Shown here: positions 42,166 through 54,262 of the stretch, piece by piece
Layout of the letters: each line of letters starts with the position of its first letter
Position numbering within the stretch: the stretch's first letter is position 1
DNA from: Macrostomum lignano
Taxonomy: Eukaryota
NCBI GenBank assembly: GCA_002269645.1
Contig: NIVC01001931.1
Coordinates: forward strand, 26,292 to 90,291
Length of the DNA stretch: 64,000 nt
Direction: 5' to 3'
The notes under the pieces: model-generated
Databases searched by the model: none
Seen by the model: the letters and a program-made list of their open reading frames with translations, nothing else
What the model was told of the DNA's origin: nothing
Program-made: the position numbers and the translations under genes

Positions 42166-45100
42166 GACATGGTGGCTTTTTACTGTTAGACATGGTGGCT
42201 CTTTAATGTTAGACATGGTGGCTCTTTAATATTAGACATGGTGGCTCTTTAATGTTCGAAATGGTGGTTCTTTAATGTTAGACATGGTGGCTCTTCTATG
42301 TTTAACAATGTGGCTCTTTAATGTTTTACATGGTGGCTCTTTTAGGTTTGACATGGTGGCTCTTTAATGTTCGACATGGTGGTTCTTTAATGTTCGACAT
42401 GGTGGCTCTTTAATATTAGACATGGTGGCTCTTTAATGTTCGAAATGGTGGTTCTTTAATGTTAGACATGGTGGCTCTTCTATGTTTAACAATGTGGCTC
42501 TTTAATGTTTTACATGGTGGCTCTTTTAGGTTTGACATGGTGGCTCTTTAATGTTCGACATGGTGGTTCTTTAATGTTCGACATGGTGGCTCTTTAATGT
42601 TCTACATGGTGGCCCTTTAATGTTCGACATGGTGGCTCTTTACTGTTAGACATGGTGGCTCTTTAATGTTCGATTTGGTGGCTCTTTAATGTTTGACATC
42701 ATGCCAGATTTATGTTTGACATGGTGGCTCTTTAATGTTCGACATGGTGGCTCTTTTAGGTTTGACATGGTGGCTCTTTACTGTTCGACATGGTGGTTTT
42801 TTAATGTTCGACATGGTGGCTCTTTAATGTTCTACATGGTGGCCCTTTAATGTTCGACATGGTGGCTCTTTACTGTTAGACATGGTGGCTCTTTAATGTT
42901 CGATATGGTGGCACTTTAATGTTTGACATCATGCCAGATTTATGTTTGACATGGTGGCTCTTTAATGTTTGACATGGTGGCTCTTTTCTGTTAGACATGG
43001 TGGGTCTTTTTGGTTTGACATGATGGCATCTTTATGTTTTGACATGGCGGCTCTTTAATGTTTTACATGGTGGCTCTTTAATGTACGACATAATGGCTCT
43101 TTTATGTTTAACAATGTGGCTCTTTAATGTTTTACATGGTGGCTCTTTAATGTTCGACATGGTGGCTCTTTAATGTTCGACATGGTGGCTCTTTAATGTT
43201 CGAAATGGTGGCTCCTTAATGTTTGACATAAAGTCACATATATGTTTGACATAAAGTCACATATATGTTTGACATAAAGTCACATATATGTTTGACATAA
43301 AGTCACATATATGTTTGACATAAAGTCACATATATGTTTGACATAAAGTCACATATATGTTTGACATAAAGTCACATATATGTTTGACATAAAGTCACAT
43401 ATATGTTTGACATAAAGTCACATATATGTTTGACATAAAGTCACATATATGTTTGACATAAAGTCACATATATGTTTGACATAAAGTCACATATATGTTC
43501 GACATGGTGGCTCTTTTTAACATCTGACATGGTGGCTCTTCTATGTTTAACATGGTGGCTCTTTTATGTTTGACATGGTGGCTCTTTAATGTTCTTCATG
43601 GTGGCTCTTTAATGTTCGACATGGTGGCTCTTTTTTGTTCGACATGGTAACTCTTTTATGTTTGATACGGTGGCTTTTTAATGTCTGACATGTTGGCTCT
43701 TTTATGTTTGACGTGGTGGCTCTTTAATGTTCGACAAAGGGGCTCTTTAATGTTTGACATGGTGGCTGTTGTTTGACATGGTGGCTCTTTAATTTTCGAA
43801 ATAGTGGCTCTTCAATGTTTGAAATGGTGGCCCTTTTATGTTTGATACGGTGGCTTTTCAATGTCTGACATGGTGGCTCTTCTATGTTTGACATGGGGGC
43901 TCCTCTTTGTTTGACATGGGGGCTCTTCTATGTTTGACATGGGAGCTCTTCTATGTTTGACAAAGTGGCTTTTTAATGTTTGACATGGTGGCTCTATTAT
44001 GTTTGACATGGTGGCTCTATTATGTTTGACATGGTGGCTCTTTAATGTTCAAAAAGGTGGCTCTTTTATGTTTGACATGGTGGCTCTTTAATGTTTGACA
44101 TGGTGGCTCTTTAATGTTTGACATGGTGGCTCTTTAATGTTAGACAAAGTAGCTCTTTAATGTTTGACATGATGGCTCTTAAATGTTAGACATGGTGGCT
44201 CTTTACTTTTTGACATGGTGGCTCTTTAATGTTGGACATGGTGGCTTTTTAATGTTAGACATGGTGGCTCTTTAATGTTCGACATAAAGTCACTTATATG
44301 TTTGACATGGTGGCTCTTTAATGTTTGACATGGTAGCTCTTTTATGTTCGACATGGTGGCTCTTTTATGTTCGAAATGGTGTCGCTTCAATGTTTGACAT
44401 GGAGTTACGTATATGTTTTACATGGTGGCTCTTTTATGTTCGACATGGTGGCTCTTTAATGTTTGACATGGGGTCTCTTCAATGTTTGACATGGAGTTAC
44501 GTATATGTTTGACATGGTGGCTCTTTAATGTTTTACATGGTGGCACTTTCATGTTTGACCTGGAGGCTCTTTAATATTTGACATGGTGGCTCTTTTATGT
44601 TTGACATGGTGGCTCTTTTATCTTTGACATGGTGGCTCTGTAATGTTCGACATGGAGTCATGTATATGTTTCACATGGTAGCTCTTAAATGTTCGACATG
44701 GTGGCTCTTTAATGTTCAACATGGAGTCATGTATATGTTTGACATGGTGGCTCTTAAATGTTCGACATAGTGGCTCTATAATGTTTGATATGGTGGCTCT
44801 TCAATGTTTGACATGGTGGCTCTTTAATGATCGACATGGCGTCATGTATATGTTTGACATGGTAGCTCTTGAATGTTCAACATGGAGTCATGTATATGTT
44901 TTACATGGTGGCTCTTAAATGTTCGACATGGTGGCTCTTTAATGTTTGACATAGTGTCTCTTTAATGTTTGACATGGAGTCATGTATATGTTTGCCATGG
45001 TGGCTCTTTAATGTTAGACATGGTGGCTCTTTTATGTTCGACATGGTGTCTCTTCAATGTTTGACATGGCGTCATGTATATGTTTTACATGGATGCTCTT

Positions 45101-46956
45101 GTATTTTTAACATGTTGACTCTTTAATGTTCGAAATGGTGGCTCTTAATTGCCTAACATGGAGTCACGTATATGTTTGACATGGAGTCATGCATATGCCT
45201 GATATGGTAGCTCTTTAATGTTTTACATGGAGTCACTTTTATGTTTCACATGTTGGCTATTTTATGTTTGACATGGTGGTTCTTAAATGTTCGACATGGT
45301 GGCTCTTTAATGTTTTACATGGTGGCACTTTCATGTTTGACCTGGTGGCTCTTTAATGTTTGACATGGTGGCTCTTTAATATTTGACATGGTGGCCCTTT
45401 TATGTTCGACATGGTGGCTCTTCAATGTTTGACATGGAGTCATGTATATGTTTGACCTGGTGGCTCTTTAATGTTTGACATGGTGGCTCTTTAATGTTTT
45501 ACATGGTGGCACTTTCATGTTTGACCTGGTGGCTCTTTAATGTTCGACATGGTCGCTCTTTAATGTTCGACATGGTGGCCCTTTAATGTTCGACATGGTG
45601 TCGCTTCAATGTTTGACATGGAGTTACGTATATGTTTTACATGGTGGCTCTTTTATGTTCGACATGGCGTCATGTATATGTTTGACATGGTAGCTCTTGA
45701 ATGTTCAACATGGAGTCATGTATATGTTTGACATGGTAGCTCTTGAATGTTCAACATGGAGTCATGTATATGTTTGACATGGTGGCTCTTAAATGTTCGA
45801 CATGGTGGCTCTTTAATGTTTGACATGGAGTCATGTATATGTTTGACATGGTAGCTCTTGAGTGTTCGACATAGAGTCATGTATATGTTTGCCATGGTGG
45901 CTCTTTAATGTTAGACATGGTGGCTCTTTTATGTTTTGCATGGTGGCTCTTTTATGTTCGACATGGTGTCTCTTCAATGTTTGACATGGAGTCATGTATA
46001 TGTTTGACATGGTGGCTCTTGCATTTTTAACATGTTGGCTCTTTAATGTTCGACATGGTGGCTCTTTAATGTCTAACATGGAGTCATGTATATGTTTGAC
46101 ATGGAGTCATGTATATGTCTGATATGGTAGCTCTTTAATGTTTTACATGGAGTCACGTATATGTTTCACATGGTGGCTATTTTATGTTTGACTTGGTGGT
46201 TCTTAAATGTTCGACATGGTGGCTCTTTAATGTGTTACATGGTGGCACTTTCATGTTTGACCTGGTGGCTCTTTAATGTTTTACATATAGTGTCTCTTTA
46301 ATGTTTGACATGGAGTCATGTATATGTTTGACATGGTAGCTCTTGAATGTTCGACATAGAGTCATGTATATGTTTGCCATGGTGGCTCTTTAATGTTAGA
46401 CATGGTGGCACTTTCATGTTTGACCTGGTGGCTCTTTAATGTTTGACATGGTGGCTCTTTAATATTTGACATGGTGGCCCTTTAATATTTGACATGGTGG
46501 CCCTTTAATGTTCGACATGGTGGCTCTTCAATGTTCGACATGGAGTCATGTATATGTTTGACCTGGTTGCTCTTTAATGTTTGACATTGTGGCTCTTTAA
46601 TGTTCGACATGGTGGCTCTTTTAGGTTTGAAATGGTGGCTCTTAAATGTTTGACATGGTGGCTTTTTAATGTTCGACATGGTGGCTCTTTTATGTTCGAC
46701 ATGGCGTCATGTATATGTTTCACATGGTAGCTCTTGAATGTTCAACATGGAGTCATGTATATGTTGGACATGGTGGCTCTTTAATGTTCGACATGGTGGA
46801 TCTTTAATGGTCGACATGGTGGCTCTTTAATGTTCGACATGGTAGCTCTTTAATGTTCGACATGGTGTCTCTTTAATGGTCGACATGGTGGCTCTTTAAT
46901 GGTCGACATGGTGGCTCTTTAATGTTTGACATGGTGGCTCTTTAATGTTTGACATT
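42166..46956. repeat. 23-bp satellite type B, unit C, including a homogeneous TATGTTTGACATAAAGTCACATA sub-array at about 43220-43500
   Basis: Direct inspection. Confidence 0.95.
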
Positions 46957-47015
46957 GTGCTTTTTTGTGTTTAGCATTTTGTGTTTTTAAGGTTTTTAAA
47001 TAAAAAAATCTTTTT

Positions 47016-47085
47016 GCACTACTAAGATTCGAACCCAGATCGCTGCATTAGCAGTCCAGTCTGTTCGCATCTATGCTATCTCTTT
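47016..47085 (-). pseudogene. tRNA(Ser-GCT)-derived Pol III cassette, unit C
   Basis: Same sequence as the unit B copy at offset +6111. Confidence 0.65.
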
Positions 47086-47704
47086 TCAATTGGAGTACAT
47101 GAAGTGTGGCCCTTATAATTAAATTCTTATAGCAAATCGGTTAGAGTAAAAAGTTATGACATAATCAATTTCTCAGTCAGCCAGTATCAGTGTCAATTCA
47201 AGTTAGCAATATTGTTACGCAATTTAAATCAAGTTTTGTGTGCATTTGTTCGGCACTGTTTTCAACTGGTTGTGATGTAATCTTTATCACAATTGGAATT
47301 CAGTCAGTCAGTTTTTTCTCTAGCATTCTTACAATGCATTTCAGGTCGAAAGAGCTGCTTGACCTTTGCAAAAAAGCATGTTTTTCGAATATTTAATCCC
47401 TTTAATATTGAGCAATTTCTTAGCCAAGATGCATGTACCGTCCCAGGAAAATTTCTGATCGAATGGTGCAAGTTTGAAGAAAATCGGTTGAGCCATTTTT
47501 TCTGAAATCTATCGCATACCTACCCACATACAGACAACTCATTTTTAGTATATAGGACTAGCAATCTTCGCCCCCCGATGGGGGACATCTAGATAGAATC
47601 TCTGTTCTCTACAAGTATCAATAAGATGGCCAAACAAAGCCTTCACATAGTCAATAGAAAAACTGCTCAGATGAAGTGCAACGCGAAAAGAAAACATCCT
47701 TAGA

Positions 47705-48279
47705 CAGCAAGCATCCTCCCAGATAGCAAGCACCTCCAGATAGCAAGCATCCCCCCAGATAGCAGGCACCCCCCAGATAGCAAGCATCCCCCCAGATAGC
47801 AAGCACCCCCCAGATAGCAGGCACCCCCCAGATAGCAAGCATCCCCCAGATAGCAAGCACCCCAGATAGCAAGCACCCCCCAGATAGCAGCACCCCCCAG
47901 ATAGCAAGCATCCCCCAGATAGCAAGCACCCCAGATAGCAAGCACCCCCAGATAGCAAGCACCCCCAGATAGCAAGCACCCCAGATAGCAAGCACCCCCA
48001 GATAGCAAGCACCCCCAGATAGCAAGCACCCCCAGATAGCAAGCACCCCAGATAGCAAGCACCCCAGATAGCAAGCACCCCCAGATAGCAAGCACCCCCA
48101 GATAGCAGGCACCCCCAGATAGCAGGCACCCCCAGATAGCAGGCACCCCCAGATAGCAGGCACCCCCAGATAGCAGGCTCTCCCAGATAGCAAGCACCCC
48201 CAGATAGCAAGCACCACCAGATAGCAAGCACCCCAGATAGCAGGCTCTCCCAGATAGCAAGCACCCCCAGATAGCAGGC
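47705..48279. repeat. 17-19-bp minisatellite, unit D
   Basis: Direct inspection. Confidence 0.95.
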
Positions 48280-50726
48280 GACATGGTGGCTTTTTACTGT
48301 TAGACATGGTGGCTCTTTAATGTTAGACATGGTGGCTCTTTAATATTAGACATGGTGGCTCTTTAATGTTCGAAATGGTGGTTCTTTAATGTTAGACATG
48401 GTGGCTCTTCTATGTTTAACAATGTGGCTCTTTAATGTTTTACATGGTGGCTCTTTTAGGTTTGACATGGTGGCTCTTTAATGTTCGACATGGTGGTTCT
48501 TTAATGTTTGACATGGTGGCTCTTTAATGTTCTACATGGTGGCCCTTTAATGTTCGACATGGTGGCTCTTTACTGTTAGACATGGTGGCTCTTTAATGTT
48601 CGATTTGGTGGCTCTTTAATGTTTGACATCATGCCAGATTTATGTTTGACATGGTGGCTCTTTAATGTTCGACATGGTGGCTCTTTTAGGTTTGACATGG
48701 TGGCTCTTTACTGTTCGACATGGTGGTTTTTTAATGTTCGACATGGTGGCTCTTTAATGTTCTACATGGTGGCCCTTTAATGTTCGACATGGTGGCTCTT
48801 TACTGTTAGACATGGTGGCTCTTTAATGTTCGATATGGTGGCACTTTAATGTTTGACATCATGCCAGATTTATGTTTGACATGGTGGCTCTTTAATGTTT
48901 GACATGGTGGCTCTTTTCTGTTAGACATGGTGGGTCTTTTTGGTTTGACATGATGGCATCTTTATGTTTTGACATGGCGGCTCTTTAATGTTTTACATGG
49001 TGGCTCTTTAATGTACGACATAATGGCTCTTTTATGTTTAACAATGTGGCTCTTTAATGTTTTACATGGTGGCTCTTTAATGTTCGACATGGTGGCTCTT
49101 TAATGTTCGACATGGTGGCTCTTTAATGTTCGAAATGGTGGCTCCTTAATGTTTGACATAAAGTCACATATATGTTTGACATAAAGTCACATATATGTTT
49201 GACATAAAGTCACATATATGTTTGACATAAAGTCACATATATGTTTGACATAAAGTCACATATATGTTTGACATAAAGTCACATATATGTTTGACATAAA
49301 GTCACATATATGTTTGACATAAAGTCACATATATGTTTGACATAAAGTCACATATATGTTTGACATAAAGTCACATATATGTTTGACATAAAGTCACATA
49401 TATGTTTGACATAAAGTCACATATATGTTCGACATGGTGGCTCTTTTTAACATCTGACATGGTGGCTCTTCTATGTTTAACATGGTGGCTCTTTTATGTT
49501 TGACATGGTGGCTCTTTAATGTTCTTCATGGTGGCTCTTTAATGTTCGACATGGTGGCTCTTTTTTGTTCGACATGGTAACTCTTTTATGTTTGATACGG
49601 TGGCTTTTTAATGTCTGACATGTTGGCTCTTTTATGTTTGACGTGGTGGCTCTTTAATGTTCGACAAAGGGGCTCTTTAATGTTTGACATGGTGGCTGTT
49701 GTTTGACATGGTGGCTCTTTAATTTTCGAAATAGTGGCTCTTCAATGTTTGAAATGGTGGCCCTTTTAGGTTTGACATGGTGGCTCTTAAATGTTTCACA
49801 TGGTGGCTCTTTAATTTTTAACATGGTGCCTTTTTGATGTTCTTCATGATATAGCTCTTTTATGTTACACATGGTGGCACTTTAATGTTCGACATGGTGG
49901 CTCTTTAATGTTTGACATAAAGTCACATATATGTTTGACATGGTGGCTCTTTAATGTTCTTCATGGTATAGCTCTTTTATGTTAGACATGGTGGCTCTTT
50001 AATGTTTCGACATAGTGGCTTTTTAAGGTTTGAAATGGTAACTCTTTAATGTTTGACATAAAGTCACATATATGTTTGACATGGTGGCTCCTAAATGTTC
50101 GACATGGTGGCTCTTTTTTGTTCTACATGGTAACTCTTTTATGTTTGATACGGTCGCTTTTTAATGTCTGACATGTTGGCTCTTTTATGTTTGACATGGT
50201 GGCTCTTTAATGTTCGACAAAGTGGCTCTTTAATGTTTGACATGGTGGCTCTTAAATGTTTGACATGGTGGCTCTCTAATGTTCGACATGGTGGCTCTTT
50301 AATGTTCGACATGGTGGCTCTTTAATGTTCGACATGGTGGCTCTTTAATGTTTGACATGGTGGCTTCTAATTGTTTGACATGGTGGCTCTTTAATGTTCA
50401 AAATGGTGGCTCTTTAATGTTCGAAATGGTGGCTCTTTAATGTTCGAAATGGTGGCTCTTTTATGTTTGACATGGTGGCTCTTTTATGTTTGACCTGGTG
50501 GCTCTTTTATGTTTGACATGGTGGCTCTTTTATGTTTGACCTGGTGGCTCTTTTATGTTTGACATGGTGGCTCTTTTATGTTTGACATGGTGGCTCTTTT
50601 ATGTTTGACATGGTGGCTCTTTTATGTTTGACATGGTGGCTCTTTTATGTTTGACATGGTGGCTCTTTTATGTTTGACATGGTGGCTCTTTAATGTTCGA
50701 CATGGTGGCTCTTCTATGTTTGACAT
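48280..50726. repeat. 23-bp satellite type B, unit D, including the ATAAAGTCAC sub-array at about 49150-49430
   Basis: Direct inspection. Confidence 0.95.
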
Positions 50727-50792
50727 TGCGCTTCTTTGATGTTTAGCAGTTTTGTTGTGTTTTTAAGGTGTTTTAATAAAAAAAATCTTTTT

Positions 50793-50862
50793 TTACTACT
50801 AAGATTCGAACCCAGGTTGCTACATTAGCATTCCAGTCTGTTCGCATCTAGGCTATCTCTTT
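50793..50862 (-). pseudogene. tRNA-derived Pol III cassette, unit D
   Basis: Minus strand TAGCCTAGATGCGAACAGACTGGAATGCTAATGTAGCAACCTGGGTTCGAATCTTAG followed by an oligo-T run. Confidence 0.6.
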
Positions 50863-51653
50863 TTAATTGGAGAACATGAATTGTGGCCCTTATAATTCAA
50901 TTCTTACAGCAAGTCAATCGGAGTAAAAAGTTATGACATAATCAATTTTTCAGTCAGCCAGAATCAGTCTCAATTTAAGTTGGCAATATGGTTATGCAAT
51001 TTCATTCAAGTCGTGTGTGCATTTCTTTGACACTGTTTTCAACTTGTTGTGATGCAATCTTTATCACAATCGGAATTCAGCCAGTCAGTTTTTTCTCTAG
51101 CATTCTTACAATGCATTTCAAGTCGAAAATTTTGCTTGACCTTTGCAAAAAAGCATGTTTTTCGAATATTTAATCCCTTTAACATTGAGCAATTTCTTAG
51201 CCAAGATGCATGTACCGTCCCAGGAAAATTTCTGATCGAATGGTGCAAGTTTGAAAAAAATCGGTTGAGCCGTTTTTTCTGGAATCTATCGCATACCTAC
51301 CTACCCACAGACAACTCATTTTTAGTATATAGGATTGCAGAGCTAGGTAGACATCAAACTTTTAGTTGTAGCAAAGACTATAATTATAATTAGTCTGTAA
51401 TAATAGCCAGATCGAGCAAAAATCTGGTTGTCTGTAGTCTGCCTGATGGCGAGTAGTTTTTGTACTCGTTTTAATTTTAATGAGTTATAGAATTTTACGA
51501 GGTGAAAGCTCGCTTAAAATAAAATTTTCAATGAACGGGCCGGGATGATGATTCTTCTAAAATGAAAAGTTGCGCCATACAAAAGAGTCCCTGCCAACAT
51601 TTAACAAGTAGCTAGAAAATTAACTCATCCAGAAGAATTAAATCGCATAGTCT

Positions 51654-51799
51654 TAGTCTATGGTTCATAGTCTATGGCCTGACTCACAATCTTTCTTGCG
51701 TCTCTGTACGTCTGTCAGTCTAACTGTACAACTAAAAGTTCATTGAGACAAGTTGGGCTGCTCAACGTTTCTGAAACTCGCATTGAACCATAGACTATG
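51654..51799. mobile_element. Possible 145-bp MITE with inverted ends TAGTCTATGGTTC / GAACCATAGACTA
   Basis: 13-bp perfect inverted repeat at 51654-51666 and 51785-51797; TSD not clearly defined. Confidence 0.35.
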
Positions 51800-51945
51800 C
51801 TTATCTGACGGAGTTGATTTTGTTATATCTGCTCTATCTGGCGTGCAAATCGAATTGCCTTGGAATCGACCCTAGATTCTCCTGTAAAAAGTTATCACTT
51901 GATTTTTAAATTGACAAAACCTCGAATTTCGGCTCAAATTTTGCA

Positions 51946-52631
51946 ATGCATCTCCGTTGCATTCTGGGTATGGCCACGTGCCTGTTGGCCATCCAACTGC
52001 TTTCTGCCTCGGTTGATCGGCCATCGACGTTTAACCCAGTCGAACTCAAGTCATCGCGACTGCCTTTTTTGCGAGCCTGGTCAAGCATAAGGTGAGAAAA
52101 AATCATATTTTTATTATGTCCATGCTTTTCTAGTTAATGCGCAATGGGATCGGCAAACGAATTTTATCTGTCATAACTGCATGCAGTCCAGGAGGGAGAA
52201 GAGAGTATAGAGAAGAGGCGAGAGAAAATAGATGAGAGACGAGAGAAAAGAGGAGAAAGGAGAGGAGGGAGGGTAGAGGAGAGAGGAGAGATAGTAGAGG
52301 ATAGAGAGAGTTGCTGAGAAGAGACAAACCTTAAGTTGTTCTGATTGCTTTTACATGTATGAAATTGAAAAGGACCCGAATTAATGAATAAAATAAATGG
52401 TTGTTTTATTTTAGTGTTGAACTAAATTTCTGACATTCTATTATTCTATTGAATGATATATTTTCCCCTTATAGTCTCGCAGACTGATGGGAAACTGTTC
52501 ATTTAATTTTTAGAATGAGATGTGCTCAACGTGGTGGAAGTTGCGGCCAAGATTGGTTCGGGTACAAGAGTTGCTGCAATGGCCAACACAAGTGCACTCG
52601 CACTGTATTTGGTGCCTCCTATTGTTATTGA
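51946..52631 (+). CDS. Secreted cystine-knot (ICK/knottin, CBM1-like spacing) prepropeptide, 87 aa; exons 51946-52091 and 52514-52631
   Basis: Exon 1 MHLRCILGMATCLLAIQLLSA-SVDRPSTFNPVELKSSRLPFLRAWSSI ends AG|GTGAGA (phase 2). Exon 2 follows a TTTAATTTTTAG acceptor and begins with A, completing Arg, then MRCAQRGGSCGQDWFGYKSCCNGQHKCTRTVFGASYCY*. Intron phases match, there are no stops, and AATAAA lies at 52721-52726. Confidence 0.85.
52190..52322. repeat. Imperfect (AG/GAGAG)n purine tract inside the knottin-gene intron
   Basis: Direct inspection. Confidence 0.85.
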
Positions 52632-53657
52632 ACAGCTCAGAACAATTCAATCAAATTGAACCTTTGTTATAACAGTTTAAAGCTAACATGAAAGTTTTTT
52701 GGCGCTGAGATTAAAAAACAAATAAACAAGAAATACTTCAAAAATGAACTATTGTTTTTGTTTGTCAAAAATTCGCGCAACAACTGCATAAAAAGATGGC
52801 AAGTTGCATACACGTACATGACTTTATTGCACTAAACAATGCAAAAGATACAGCCACGTGGCACCCACAAGTGTACAGCACCCAGTCGCTACAACTGTTA
52901 TACATGTAGTTTTGCACCATATATACTCAACAGCATTAAAAAGTCGCCACCTTTGAAAGTGCGCAGTGAAATACAGCTCAGTGTTGACTTTTGAGTGACG
53001 CAACTTGCGCCACGCGACGCAGAGTTGGGAGCGGGTGAGGAGGGATTGGGAAGAGCGGAGGGCGAAGATTTGATGGATTGAAGCTTCCGCCCGGTTTTCA
53101 TTGTTTTTTCATTTAATTTATCAAAATGGTTGGCCAGGTGATAAACGCTGGTCGAAAGACACTGCTCACTGGGGCAAAGGGTGGCCAGCGACTTTGTTGC
53201 TGTCAAGGATAGACGCCTTTTTTCTTCATTCAAATTGGTGCGCGTCCGTCAGCAGTCAGACGTGGCAGCGTGGCGGAGACGGACAAGCCAAAGAAATTGG
53301 CCATAGACAACAGAAATCTGCTTGGTTTTACTCTTGGAAGGAATGACTGAAGTAAAGAATGGCGCAGAGAGGACCATGCGCTAGTCCTGGGAACAGGGAG
53401 TCAGAGCATGCATACGTGACATGGCAATGTGGAGTTTGATGTTCTTTGGTTAACTTAGATTTTTCTATTTTGTCCATTTTTACTATTTCTCACGGGGTCC
53501 CGGAGAATTTAGTGTACGAGTGATTTTTGAATTGCTTGATGCAATCTAAAGTGAACTCTAATAGTGAAGCACCCCGATGAAGCTACCCAATCAGTTTTCT
53601 CGTATCTTTTATTTCAGAACAGTCCAAGAGAAATTGGTCACTGGCGCATAGAGTGGC

Positions 53658-54262
53658 GACACCACAGCCTCGACACCACAGCCTCGACACCACAGGTCCT
53701 CGATACCACAGCCTCGACACCACAGCCTCGATACCACAGCCTCGACACCACAGCCTCGATACCACAGCCTCGACACCACAGCCTCGATACCACAGCCTCG
53801 ATACCACAGCCTCGATACCACAGCCTCGACACCATAGCCTCGATACCACAGCCTCGATACCACAGCCTCGATACCACAGCCTCGATACCACAGCCTCGAT
53901 AGCCTCGATACCACAGCCTCGATACCACAGCCTCGATACCACAGCCTCGACACCACAGGTCCTCGATACCACAGCCTCGACACCACAGCCTCGATACCAC
54001 AGCCTCGACACCACAGCCTCGATACCACAGCCTCGACACCACAGCCTCGATACCACAGCCTCGACACCACAGCCTCGACACCATAGCCTCGATACCACAG
54101 CCTCGATAGCCTCGATACCACAGCCTCGATAGCCTCGATACCACAGCCTCGATACCACAGCCTCGATACCACAGCCTCGATACCACAGCCTCGATACCAC
54201 AGCCTCGATACCACAGCCTCGATATCACAGCCTCGATACCACAGCCTCGATACCACAGCCTC
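53658..54262. repeat. 14-bp minisatellite (CGATACCACAGCCT), about 40 copies
   Basis: Direct inspection; source of the VVSRLWYRGCGIEA ORFs. Confidence 0.95.

Larger units (their letters stand above)
41447..47557 (-). mobile_element. Non-autonomous Helitron unit C (6111 bp; B/D chimera)
   Basis: Same termini as B. Positions 41447-43835 match unit D; 43840-47557 match unit B. Confidence 0.8.
47558..51334 (-). mobile_element. Non-autonomous Helitron unit D (3777 bp)
   Basis: Outer 5' end A|TCCTATATAC at 51335/51334; 3' hairpin-CTAG at 47558. The whole array sits in an A|T target with no TSD. Confidence 0.8.

Noticed and set aside
36850-48330. GGCLLS / GACYLG / MFDMVAL ORFs as Cys-rich or metallothionein-like proteins
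   Set aside because: All are translations of the 18-bp and 23-bp arrays, shifting frame with monomer length variants.
52898-53346. ORFs 52898-53233 and 53101-53346 as exons
   Set aside because: No motif, no convincing splice sites and stops in extension frames.
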